Origin: Candidatus Omnitrophota bacterium
GTDB taxonomy: Bacteria; Omnitrophota; Omnitrophia; Omnitrophales; Aquincolibacteriaceae
Length of the DNA stretch: 26,293 nucleotides
Reading direction: 5' to 3'
NCBI GenBank assembly: GCA_043803685.1
Contig: JAZDJU010000006.1
Span: 1-26,293, forward strand
Below are positions 8,317 through 16,807 of this stretch, in pieces. Within the stretch, counting starts at the first letter, position 1, and each line of letters opens with the position of its first letter. A model generated the notes under the pieces. The model was not told the DNA's origin. It ran no database searches and saw only the letters and a list, made by a program, of their open reading frames with translations. Position numbers and translations under genes: made by a program.

Positions 8317-8640
8317 TTAACCGACTTGGATTTCTTTGACGAGCAAACGAAGGAGATCCTGACGATGCCCCTGCTTGCGCCGGGACGACTTACGCCGCCG
8401 CATCCGGTAATGGATCAATTTGGGACCGCGCATTTCCCCAAGATTCTCGCAAACGATCTTGGCCCGCGCCACCAAAGGGGTCCCGACCTTCACCTGCCCG
8501 CCATTCTGCACGAGCATCACTTGATCAAGGATCACTTCCTTTTGTCCCTCGGGAATATCGAGCAACTCCACCTCGATCACTTGCTTGGGTTCAACCCAAT
8601 ACTGCTTCGAACCCGTTTCAACAATTGCGTATTTTTCCAT
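8317..8640 (-). CDS. rplU: 50S ribosomal protein L21
   Basis: YAIVETGSKQY.V, VGTP.V, RRK...GHRQ; SD AAGGAG at 8653-8648. Confidence 0.97.
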   Translation of the reverse strand: MEKYAIVETGSKQYWVEPKQVIEVELLDIPEGQKEVILDQVMLVQNGGQVKVGTPLVARAKIVCENLGEMRGPKLIHYRMRRRKSSRRKQGHRQDLLRLLVKEIQVG

Positions 8641-8672
8641 GAAATGACTCCTTTGACTTTATGAGAGCGCAT

Positions 8673-8701
8673 ATACTATGAGAATTCATTTAGACTGTCA
8701 A
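8673..8701 (-). promoter_or_regulatory. Sigma70-type promoter of rplU-rpmA
   Basis: TTGACA (8701-8696), 17 nt, TAGTAT (8678-8673). Confidence 0.75.
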
Positions 8702-8783
8702 TGATTTTAAAAAACCGCAACTCCTTCGGACAAAAAGGGTTAGGTTCTGAGAATGGCGTTCGGACCAGGTGCGCCCCCGAGCC

Positions 8784-9602
8784 TCACCTTTTCCAATCGT
8801 TCAACTCCCAATCAAAAGGAAGATAATCGATCTTGTATTGCGCTTCCTGCAGATACTCGTCCTTAGCCTCATCTTCAAGATAATACGCCAGGAACGACAC
8901 CACAGCGTTCTCCCCTGCAGACAATTTACCGCGGGACTCAAGGGTCCCAAAATCCAATTTAAAATCATCAGCGTACCACTTAAAGATCCTTGAAAGCATG
9001 ATCTTCTTCCGACCCGGGACGACATCGACGCATCGAGGATCCGCTACGAATTTCCTCGTAAGAAGAAAAAGCTGTCCTTCAACCTTGGGTCCCGTAAAAG
9101 CCTCGGCCATCAGCACAGGACCGCTCTTGGCAGCCATGGAAAGCGCAAGATGGATCTTCTCGTCGCGATAAACGCTGATCAGGCATCGCACCCGAATATC
9201 ATTGAGACTAAATTGCTTTTGCCTCTTTAATATTTTGCCAATTCGAAACGCTGTCAAATCCCAAAAACCGGGGATCTTCTGGACCGAAGCCACAGGATAA
9301 TGCTCAACAATAAGCTTCATCATCGAAGCTTGATACGCATTCAACCAGAACGCTAGCACTTCTTCCCGGGGCCATGCCTTCATATCGGACCCGCCGGCCT
9401 GCGTCAAACTCTCGATGAAATCATTGAGCTCTTTAGGGTCATTTTTAATCGACCGATAATCGACCTCACCCTTCTCATTCACGTTCTTTTTCAAAAAAGC
9501 ATCCCACGAAGAATAGTCAAAAGCTGTTGCGGCGTGAAGCCCTGCGGGAAGAACGCAGAAGAAGAAAGAGAATGAGAGAAATAGTTTTTTAAGAAGCGTC
9601 AT
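8784..9602 (-). CDS. Exported DUF547-domain protein
   Basis: Signal peptide ending LHA-A; WDAFL...G.VDY, LAFWLNAYQ, SLNDI, DEKIHLAL, LSRIFKWY..DF, FDWELND; the usual C-x-x-x-x-C pair appears replaced (SMAAKSGP). Confidence 0.85.
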   Translation of the reverse strand: MTLLKKLFLSFSFFFCVLPAGLHAATAFDYSSWDAFLKKNVNEKGEVDYRSIKNDPKELNDFIESLTQAGGSDMKAWPREEVLAFWLNAYQASMMKLIVEHYPVASVQKIPGFWDLTAFRIGKILKRQKQFSLNDIRVRCLISVYRDEKIHLALSMAAKSGPVLMAEAFTGPKVEGQLFLLTRKFVADPRCVDVVPGRKKIMLSRIFKWYADDFKLDFGTLESRGKLSAGENAVVSFLAYYLEDEAKDEYLQEAQYKIDYLPFDWELNDWKR

Positions 9603-9614
9603 AGATCCATCATC

Positions 9615-9929
9615 CTAAAAACGGATTCCGTGCTGCTTCAAAAAGACTTGGTCATCATCGTTAAGCTCGCACTTGAGATCCTCTGTCCTGAAGTGTTCTC
9701 GCATGGCGCCCTCTTCGAACAGGCATTCGATCTCGTCAAATTCCTCGGGAGAAAGCGGCGCCATATTCAAGAAAAAGATGTTCACGTCCGGGCTCTTGTC
9801 CTTCATATCTTTTAAGAACCTCATCATCTCCGAGGGGCTTTTACCGTCCATCGATTGCTGGCTCATGATCTTTTTGAGAAGGTGCATCAACTGTTTCATG
9901 TTTTGATCAAACTCTTTATCAAAGTTCAT
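9615..9929 (-). CDS. Hypothetical acidic 104-aa protein
   Basis: ATG with AAGGGGA SD, fills the gap between trxB and DUF547 on the operon strand. Confidence 0.75.
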   Translation of the reverse strand: MNFDKEFDQNMKQLMHLLKKIMSQQSMDGKSPSEMMRFLKDMKDKSPDVNIFFLNMAPLSPEEFDEIECLFEEGAMREHFRTEDLKCELNDDDQVFLKQHGIRF

Positions 9930-9964
9930 GGGAAATCCCCTTATGTATAATAAGAATGTTCGCC

Positions 9965-10891
9965 CTAACGATGGCTATCCAAAAATTCTTGCGCCGCCAA
10001 AGCCGCGGCACAACCCTCACCGCAAGCCGCCACTAGCTGCCGCACCGCCCCTTTTCGCACTTCCCCGGCCGCAAAAACCCCGGGGACTGAAGCTGCGAGG
10101 GAAGCCTCCGTAACAATATATCCTTTTTCATCCCGCGCCACAAACCCCTTAGCCAGATCGCTGTTTGGGTCATGTCCGATAAAAACAAAAACACCGTCGG
10201 TTGGCACCTTTTGAATCACACCGGTCTTCACATTCTTTAAAAGAACGGCTTCGACTTTCCGATCGCCTTCGATTCTATCAACAATAGCATCCCAAACAAA
10301 GTCAATCTTAGCATTGGCTTTGGCGCGTTCCTGAAGAATCGGGCTTGCGCGCAACTTATCACGACGGTGAACGATCGTAACCCTCTCGGCGAACCGAGTT
10401 AAAAAGATCCCTTCCTGAAGCGCGGAATCTCCGCCACCGACCGCGATCACCTTTTTACCCTTAAAAAAAGCACCGTCGCAGGTCGCGCAGTAAGAAACAC
10501 CTTTCCCTGTGAACTCCTTTTCATTGGGTACCCCCATCGTCCGGTAGGAAGCTCCCATTGCGAGGATCACCGCCCGCCCGGCATAGGTCGCTTCAGTACC
10601 CACGGCCTCGAAAACAGTCCCGTTCAAAGAAAGACTTTTAATTTCTTCGCTGGCAATTTGTGTGCCGTAACGCACAGCCTGGGCTTCCATCTTTTGGGCG
10701 ATTTCGGATCCCAGAATACCTTCCGTAAAACCAGGATAATTCTCCACAAGATCGGTGGAAGCGATCTGGCCCCCGGGGACAAGTTTCTCAAAAAGGATCG
10801 TGGAAAGATTCGCGCGGGAAGTATAAAGAGCGGCGGTCAGCCCTGCTCCCCCGCCCCCAATGATCATGACATCGTAGATTTTCTTTGCCAC
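9965..10891 (-). CDS. trxB: Thioredoxin-disulfide reductase
   Basis: IIGGGGAGLTAA, GGQ...VENYPG, GVSYCATCDG, VGGGDSA, VHRRD.LRA, PGVFAAG. Confidence 0.96.
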   Translation of the reverse strand: MAKKIYDVMIIGGGGAGLTAALYTSRANLSTILFEKLVPGGQIASTDLVENYPGFTEGILGSEIAQKMEAQAVRYGTQIASEEIKSLSLNGTVFEAVGTEATYAGRAVILAMGASYRTMGVPNEKEFTGKGVSYCATCDGAFFKGKKVIAVGGGDSALQEGIFLTRFAERVTIVHRRDKLRASPILQERAKANAKIDFVWDAIVDRIEGDRKVEAVLLKNVKTGVIQKVPTDGVFVFIGHDPNSDLAKGFVARDEKGYIVTEASLAASVPGVFAAGEVRKGAVRQLVAACGEGCAAALAAQEFLDSHR

Positions 10892-10894
10892 GTC

Positions 10895-11299
10895 TTAGAC
10901 CTCGTAAACACTCGCCGCTTTTAATATCTCTGCTGCGGCAAAGACCGGCACCTGTGCACGCAAAGCAATGGCGACGCTATCGGAAGGGCGGGAATCGATC
11001 ACCACTTCTTGGCCATCGTTTCGTTGGATGTACAATTTGGCATGAAACGTATTATTTTCCAGTTTATCGATCACGACCTTCTCAAGCTTGCCACCCAGTT
11101 CCTGAACAATCTTAAGCATGAGATCATGAGTCATCGGCCTGGGCGGCTTCACATTCCCGAGTTTAAGCTTGATCGCATGGATTTCCGGAAGTCCGATCAC
11201 CACAGGAAGGAATCGGTTCCCGTCCTTTTCCCGGAAAACGACAAGCTGCTCATGGCGATTCTCATCGACCTTGATCTTGCTCAACACCATTTCAATCAT
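10895..11299 (-). CDS. Bifunctional nuclease family protein (DUF151)
   Basis: RFLPVVIG..E, RPMTHDL, FHAKL, IDSRPSDSVAIAL; start re-set to ATG 11299 (GAGG SD, overlaps upstream stop). Confidence 0.92.
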   Translation of the reverse strand: MIEMVLSKIKVDENRHEQLVVFREKDGNRFLPVVIGLPEIHAIKLKLGNVKPPRPMTHDLMLKIVQELGGKLEKVVIDKLENNTFHAKLYIQRNDGQEVVIDSRPSDSVAIALRAQVPVFAAAEILKAASVYEV

Positions 11300-12863
11300 C
11301 AACGACCTCGGGACGAACGTGGGATGCATGAACTGACGCGGCCGCTGAAGAAGACGCGCGTTTCCGCGGCTCCGTCACAACCCCCTCGTGCTTCGCCTTC
11401 TCAGCAAGATGCCGTTGGGCCTGCCTCATCTCGATCACTTCCCGTTCGGTCGTTTCCTGCTCCGCTAAAAGTTTCCGCATATCCTCCTCGCGGTCACGGA
11501 TCTCAGACTCGATCTTTTCCTGTTGTTTGACGATCTGCTTCAGACGCGCTTCATGGGTCACCAGTTGCTCATGGAACTGGGCCTTTTTTTGAATCGTTTC
11601 CCGCTGATCTAACTCGTCATGAAGTTGGCGAATCTCTTTGCGGGCATTTTCAAGGTCCATCTCCCGGGCCTCAAGCTGCGCCAAGCGCACCTGCCAGGAC
11701 TTTTGCTGATCTTCAAAAGCCCCTCGCATCTGCCGGATCTCCTTCTCGGATTCGGAGGACCTCTGCTCCCAACGTTTGGCCTGTTGCGCCTGAAGCTCTA
11801 GCTCCTGAATCAACCGGGTTTCGCTCGACTGAACGATCCGCTTACCCTCCTCAAGATTCTTGATCTTCGCTTGAAGGCCGTCGACCACGGTCTTCTGGCT
11901 ATCCAATTCCCTCTGGAACTGAGACGCCTGACTTTCCCATTCACGACGCGCCTGTTCCTGTTCGTCCCGGGCGCGTTGAAGATCATTTTTTACGGAATGG
12001 AAACTTTTGAGAAGCGCTTGTTTCTCCTGAAGCATCTCTTTATGGTTAAGATCCCGCTCTTCGATCTGCTTCAACAGTTCTTCGCACTTCCGATCTTCAG
12101 CGCTCAACTTCTCCTCAAAATATTGCCGCGTTTGACGGAACTCTTCCCGGAGAAGCTCGTATTTTTCCTCTGCATGGTTCATCGAGTTCTGCAACTCCTG
12201 AACTTCCTTTTCTCTGTGCCGAGATTCGGCTTCGCTGGCTTTTGCCGCCTTTTCTTTTTCCGAAACTTCCGCTTGCGCCTTATCCAACGCCTTCCGGAGC
12301 TGACTCTCACTTTCCTTCAGACCCACACTTTCCTTTAAGAGAGTCTCACGTTCTTCCTCGAGAATGCTCCGAAAATGGCGCCCATTCGGATTCGCCATGC
12401 CGTTTTTCAGCGGTGCACGATCCCCACGCTCCTGAGAAACACTCTCGGTCTGGACCCACGACCGGATCTCCTGGATCGCTTCGCTGTGCTCAATTTTTTC
12501 GGTTTTATTTTTTGGCGGAGTCTCGGCTACAGCATCCACCTGATGAAGAAAAGCGAGACTCGGCGGTGTGGGCCATACGGTCCGATAACATCGTCTTTTC
12601 AAGAGGCCATCACTACTGACAACAATGTCCGCCTGAGAGTTCCGGAAGTGCTGCTTTAGCTGTAGGGCTGTCGCATAGAGAAGGTTATCCATCAGGATAA
12701 TGGGAGTGTTTTGAACGAGATCAAAAGCTTCATCTTCCGGAAGGCGAAATGCCTTAGCGATCTCGCGGGCGATCTTGTTACGCTCGAGCTCACTCTTGAG
12801 CGGATTGAGGACCACGAACCAATCCTGCCCGCCTGGTTGGACCTTTTTAGTACCCGTAAGCAT
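11292..12863 (-). CDS. Long coiled-coil protein with N-terminal ribosomal L7/L12 C-terminal-domain-like module
   Basis: About 330 aa of E/K/Q/R-rich heptad sequence; residues ~14-84 resemble L12 CTD (EAFDLVQNTPIIL...ALQLKQHF..SQADIVV). Confidence 0.8.
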   Translation of the reverse strand: MLTGTKKVQPGGQDWFVVLNPLKSELERNKIAREIAKAFRLPEDEAFDLVQNTPIILMDNLLYATALQLKQHFRNSQADIVVSSDGLLKRRCYRTVWPTPPSLAFLHQVDAVAETPPKNKTEKIEHSEAIQEIRSWVQTESVSQERGDRAPLKNGMANPNGRHFRSILEEERETLLKESVGLKESESQLRKALDKAQAEVSEKEKAAKASEAESRHREKEVQELQNSMNHAEEKYELLREEFRQTRQYFEEKLSAEDRKCEELLKQIEERDLNHKEMLQEKQALLKSFHSVKNDLQRARDEQEQARREWESQASQFQRELDSQKTVVDGLQAKIKNLEEGKRIVQSSETRLIQELELQAQQAKRWEQRSSESEKEIRQMRGAFEDQQKSWQVRLAQLEAREMDLENARKEIRQLHDELDQRETIQKKAQFHEQLVTHEARLKQIVKQQEKIESEIRDREEDMRKLLAEQETTEREVIEMRQAQRHLAEKAKHEGVVTEPRKRASSSAAASVHASHVRPEVVDD

Positions 12864-12936
12864 ACGGACCTTTGGAAATTTTTAGTTTGAAACGACAAGG
12901 CTGAAGCGCAAGAAGAATCAAGAATTCCCAGCCGTC

Positions 12937-13278
12937 TTAGAAAGTGATGCGTCCGGCGATCTCATGGACCACTGGAATCTCCCACCGCTCCCCCATCAGG
13001 ACTTTCACGATCCCGACAAGCGAAAGGATCCCGAGCACCACGAATGAAAGCGTAAACACCAAGTCCCCAAAGACGGGAACAACTTTCAGGATCGCTGCGG
13101 CCAATTCCAGGATAAAAAGAACCAAAGCCTGTTTTCCGTGAAAAAGTGCGAATTTATTCTCTTTCTTTAGCATCAGTGGCACAAAACAAAGAAAACTCAT
13201 GTAGCCGATCGCCGCAAAGAACTGCGCATCCCGGATATCTGCGTCCTTAGCCACTCCAACCTTTTCATTCGTTGTCAT
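12937..13278 (-). CDS. DUF4870/Tic20-like small membrane protein
   Basis: AAIGY...VPL..K..N.FA.FHGKQALVL, three hydrophobic segments, G..W.IP tail; SD AAGGAG. Confidence 0.85.
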   Translation of the reverse strand: MTTNEKVGVAKDADIRDAQFFAAIGYMSFLCFVPLMLKKENKFALFHGKQALVLFILELAAAILKVVPVFGDLVFTLSFVVLGILSLVGIVKVLMGERWEIPVVHEIAGRITF

Positions 13279-13306
13279 TATTTCTCCTTCATTCAGAATC
13301 GCCGGT

Positions 13307-13336
13307 ATTATAGAGACGCCTGAGGATCAGCGTCAA
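13307..13336 (-). promoter_or_regulatory. Sigma70-type promoter of DUF4870-like gene and downstream trxB cluster
   Basis: TTGACG (13336-13331), 18 nt, TATAAT (13312-13307). Confidence 0.7.
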
Positions 13337-13390
13337 TCAACAAACCGAACATCACACGAAAAGCCCTACTTGCGCGAGCGTTACGTTCGA

Positions 13391-13741
13391 TCACGCGATC
13401 GCAGGCTTTGCTTCATGGCAAACCCGAGGGATCGTCCGCTCCGCCGGGATAAAAAAACTTCCCACTTCGCATACACCGATCAACATCCGCCTCATCATAT
13501 AAACGGTGCCCATCCCCAACCCCGGGAAAAAGCCAGAACCACCTCGGTCTTTCATGTCGGAGCGGATCGTGCAAGGGATCTCAGCAAAACTGGTCACAAT
13601 ATTTTCGAAACCACGGCCAAACTGGTTCCCGGCCCCATACATGTAATCGCCAAACGTTCCCTCGGCCAACACCGACCCGACCGGGATCATCACCAGAACG
13701 ATCAAAAAAATCCATCCTTTGAAACTTTTAGACGATCGCAT
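13391..13741 (-). CDS. TIGR04073-like (exosortase system-associated family) small exported/membrane protein
   Basis: Signal peptide (VLA-E), GRGFENIVTSFAEIP, G...G.G....RR...GVCEV.SF.IP pattern; ATG at 13741, 2 nt after mlaD stop. Confidence 0.7.
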   Translation of the reverse strand: MRSSKSFKGWIFLIVLVMIPVGSVLAEGTFGDYMYGAGNQFGRGFENIVTSFAEIPCTIRSDMKDRGGSGFFPGLGMGTVYMMRRMLIGVCEVGSFFIPAERTIPRVCHEAKPAIA

Positions 13742-13743
13742 GC

Positions 13744-14376
13744 TCAGCCCTTCCGGATCAAACGCCACGGATGCAATTTAAGTTCGGCAGTCATATCCCG
13801 AAGATTCGCCGAAACCTCATGCAGATTGCCAAGGCTCTTGGAAATCTCCTCTTTGTTCCCTCCAATGACATCATTCACGTTCTTGAGCAAAGGGTTCAGA
13901 CTTTCGGTCATATTTGAAACCTCATCAGCTAAAAGATTCATCTTGCGAATCAAAACATGCATCGGGATCGGATCCACACCCTCGATGACTTTTCCGGTCT
14001 CCATGGGAGGGGCATCGTTTGAACCGATGGATATCTCAATAAACTTTTCGCCCATCATCCCGAGCGTATCGATATAGGCCACACTATCCTTGCGGACATA
14101 GGCATCCTTGGAAACCTTGATCGTCACTAAGACCGGCCTCGTTTGTCCGGGGAGGATCTGGATACTATCGACTTTGCCGACTTCACGACCCGCATAATAA
14201 ACAGGCGCGCTATCGCTCAAGCCGCTCAGATACCCAAACTGGACCTTCCATTCGTTGGCCCCTTTCTTGAAGTAGCCCCCCACCACGAACGTGAGCACCA
14301 AAAGCAGCACGAGAGAGACCAGCACAAAAAAACCGGACTTGATCTCGGATGACGAATAAGCATTAGATGAATCCAT
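13744..14376 (-). CDS. mlaD: MlaD/MCE-domain protein
   Basis: EIKSG.FV + TM helix, SGL...APV.YAG.EVGKV, I.TLGMMGEKFIEI, helical tail ending PWRLI. Confidence 0.9.
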   Translation of the reverse strand: MDSSNAYSSSEIKSGFFVLVSLVLLLVLTFVVGGYFKKGANEWKVQFGYLSGLSDSAPVYYAGREVGKVDSIQILPGQTRPVLVTIKVSKDAYVRKDSVAYIDTLGMMGEKFIEISIGSNDAPPMETGKVIEGVDPIPMHVLIRKMNLLADEVSNMTESLNPLLKNVNDVIGGNKEEISKSLGNLHEVSANLRDMTAELKLHPWRLIRKG

Positions 14377-14401
14377 TTTTCCCTCCTTCAGGAACGACCG
14401 C

Positions 14402-15208
14402 TTAAGTGGAAAGAAGCCCTTTTAAATAAGCTTCACTCGTTTGTTTGAACGGAATAACACCTTCAGACTCTCCGTGAATGAACTGCTGGACATACGAATC
14501 TTTCGAATTTTTGACCTCTTCGGCCGTACCGATCTGCAGTACCTTGCCTTTATGAAGGATGATGATCTTGTCCGCAATGCGAAACGCGCTTTTCATTTCA
14601 TGAGAGACCACGACCGAAGTGATATTAAGCTTCTTGCTGAGATCCAAAATCAGGCGATCAATCATGCTTGCCGTGATCGGATCCAGCCCCGCGCCGGGTT
14701 CATCATAGAAAACGATCTTCGGATCCAGCGCGATCGCGCGCGCGAGCGCCACACGCTTTTTCATCCCGCCTGAGATCTGATGGGGCATGAAATCCTCAAA
14801 ACCCGTCAACCCCACAAGCTCCAGTTTCACCCGAACGATGATACGAATAATCTCCGGAGAAAGCTCCGTGTGTTCCTTGAGCGGCACCGCGACATTCTCT
14901 CCAACGGTCATGGAATTAAAAAGTGCCGACCCCTGGAAAAGCATGCCGTACTTGCGCCGCACATCGTTCATGTCCTTTTCCTTGAGTCCCACGATGTTCT
15001 TGCCATCCACGAGGATCTGGCCAGAAGTCGGTTGATGCAAAGCGATCAGATGACGCAAAAGGGTCGTCTTGCCGCACCCCGAACCGCCCATAATGACCGT
15101 GATCTTGCCGCGTGGGATCGTGACGTTGATACCGTCCAAGACCGTAAGATCCCCGAAACGCTTGATCAGGTTCTTGACTTCAATCACGGATTCTTCGGAT
15201 TCGCTCAT
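14402..15208 (-). CDS. mlaF: MlaF/Mkl-type ABC ATPase
   Basis: GGSGCGKT, GMLFQGSALFNSMTV.ENVA, ISGGMKKRVALARA, YDEP.AGLDP, VSHE; start re-set to ATG 15208 (GAGG SD). Confidence 0.93.
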   Translation of the reverse strand: MSESEESVIEVKNLIKRFGDLTVLDGINVTIPRGKITVIMGGSGCGKTTLLRHLIALHQPTSGQILVDGKNIVGLKEKDMNDVRRKYGMLFQGSALFNSMTVGENVAVPLKEHTELSPEIIRIIVRVKLELVGLTGFEDFMPHQISGGMKKRVALARAIALDPKIVFYDEPGAGLDPITASMIDRLILDLSKKLNITSVVVSHEMKSAFRIADKIIILHKGKVLQIGTAEEVKNSKDSYVQQFIHGESEGVIPFKQTSEAYLKGLLST

Positions 15209-15215
15209 AAATTCC

Positions 15216-16016
15216 TCACGTGGGCAAAGCGTAATAAATAACCGCAGTCGCCAAACAATCCACCACAATGATCAACACGATCGAGATCACGACGGCCTGC
15301 GTCGTGGCTTTTCCGACCGCGTCCGCGCCGCCAGAAACAGAAAGCCCCTGATGACAACTCACGAGCGCGATTAAAATACTGAAGATGAAACTCTTAAGAA
15401 GACCGGTATAGATGTCTTTGAGACAAAGAGCCTCAATACTCTTGGCGATATAAAGATTGGAATTGATCCCGAGCCCCGTCGTCCCGATCGCCCACCCGCC
15501 GATCATCCCCATGACATCCACAATGACCGCCAAACACGGCAGCATCAAGGCTAGCGCAAGAACACGAGGCACAACAAGATAACGGATCGGATTAATGCCC
15601 ATGGTGGTAAGAGCGTCCACTTCTTCCTGAACCATCATGGTCCCGATCTCTGCGGCCATTCGGGCGCCAATACGGCCGGAGATCACGATGGAAGCGATCA
15701 AAGGTCCCAGTTCACGGGCCATTGCAACGCACACAAGACTGCCCGTGTACATAATGGCTCCAAACGTCTTCAAGGAATAGGCGGCCTGCAGGGCTAGCAC
15801 AGTGCCGACGGAAGCACCCACAAGGGAAACGATCGCCGTAGAATCGATGCCGATCAAGACCATCTGGCGAAACAGAACTTCTCGAGGAATAACCTTCTTC
15901 TTGAAAAAAGAAAGGAACGTATAACCGGCTACCGCGGAGCCAAGCTCCCACAAACGAGCCACGCCCGCCAAGACAAATAGAAGCGCTTGCCCGATCTTTC
16001 CCGAAAATTCCATCAT
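15216..16016 (-). CDS. mlaE: MlaE-family ABC permease
   Basis: RELGP...GRIGA..AAEIGTM.V.EEVDAL..MGINP..YLVVPR, GGADAVGKATT.AVV. Confidence 0.95.
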   Translation of the reverse strand: MMEFSGKIGQALLFVLAGVARLWELGSAVAGYTFLSFFKKKVIPREVLFRQMVLIGIDSTAIVSLVGASVGTVLALQAAYSLKTFGAIMYTGSLVCVAMARELGPLIASIVISGRIGARMAAEIGTMMVQEEVDALTTMGINPIRYLVVPRVLALALMLPCLAVIVDVMGMIGGWAIGTTGLGINSNLYIAKSIEALCLKDIYTGLLKSFIFSILIALVSCHQGLSVSGGADAVGKATTQAVVISIVLIIVVDCLATAVIYYALPT

Positions 16017-16047
16017 ATAAAAATATCCCTTAAAGGTCCGCTCAGGT

Positions 16048-16386
16048 TTAAGAGCCTAAACACTTTTCCGCTTCTGCGACAGTCGAAGCAATCTCGAAAA
16101 TACTGTCGAGTTTGGCGATCTCAAAAACACCTCGTACCGTCGGCGTCAGCGCCGCAAGAATAAGACGGCCCTGATAGCGCTTTGCCTTCTGAAATGCCTC
16201 GACGAAGGTCGCAATACCGGAGCTGTCCATATAGTCCACGCCGCCCAGATTCACGAGGATCTTGGGAGCTTGCTTCGAAGTCAATTCCGTCAACTTCTCA
16301 CGAAGTTCGGGCGACGAATGATAATCGAGTTCTCCTGAAAGTTCCAGCACCTGGATGTCCCCTTGACTCGTTAATTGTACTTTCAT
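16048..16386 (-). CDS. STAS-domain protein, SpoIIAA/RsbV-type anti-sigma factor antagonist (possible MlaB role)
   Basis: LSGELD, VDYMDSSGI with the phospho-acceptor Ser, VFEIAKLD. Confidence 0.92.
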   Translation of the reverse strand: MKVQLTSQGDIQVLELSGELDYHSSPELREKLTELTSKQAPKILVNLGGVDYMDSSGIATFVEAFQKAKRYQGRLILAALTPTVRGVFEIAKLDSIFEIASTVAEAEKCLGS

Positions 16387-16402
16387 GGATCACCTGCCTT
16401 TT

Positions 16403-16807
16403 CTAAATTTTGGTCTTGTGCTTGATTAAGCGAAGCCGGTTTCCCGCCGGCCCCTGATCGTCATAGATCATTTGGTCCATGATGGATCGGATAAAATGAA
16501 CTCCAAGGCCTCCCGGTTTATGACGCGGGAGCTCTGGCGGCGGCACTTGCGTCGGATCAAATTTCTTGCCGCGATCTTCCAGGACGATATCTATCTTGTC
16601 TTCAGCCGCAGTAACGGAAACCGATATTTTCCCGGCACCGCCCTGGTAGGCATGACGGATAATATTTGTTAAAGCCTCATCAACGGCCAGAAGGATCTCT
16701 TCAGTAGCCTTTTTTTCCCATCCCGTCTGGCCCAGGATCTCGCGAAGTTCTTTCCGGAAAGGCGAAAGGACCTCCGAAGATGCATTCAGTTCAAATCTTT
16801 TTTCCAC
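16403..16807 (-). CDS. RsbW/SpoIIAB-like serine kinase (HATPase_c_2)
   Basis: LAVDEALTNIIRHAY (N box), EDRGK.FDP (G1), GGLG..FI..IMD (G2); start re-set to GTG 16807 (G-rich SD), overlapping the end of ribE. Confidence 0.9.
   Translation of the reverse strand: MEKRFELNASSEVLSPFRKELREILGQTGWEKKATEEILLAVDEALTNIIRHAYQGGAGKISVSVTAAEDKIDIVLEDRGKKFDPTQVPPPELPRHKPGGLGVHFIRSIMDQMIYDDQGPAGNRLRLIKHKTKI

Noticed and set aside
11292..12863. SMC/Rad50-type ATPase or defence system with the adjacent nuclease
   Set aside because: No Walker A/B or signature motif; DUF151 and trxB context is housekeeping-like
12937..13278. MamF/MmsF magnetosome protein
   Set aside because: DUF4870/Tic20-like proteins are widespread and there are no other mam genes in the window
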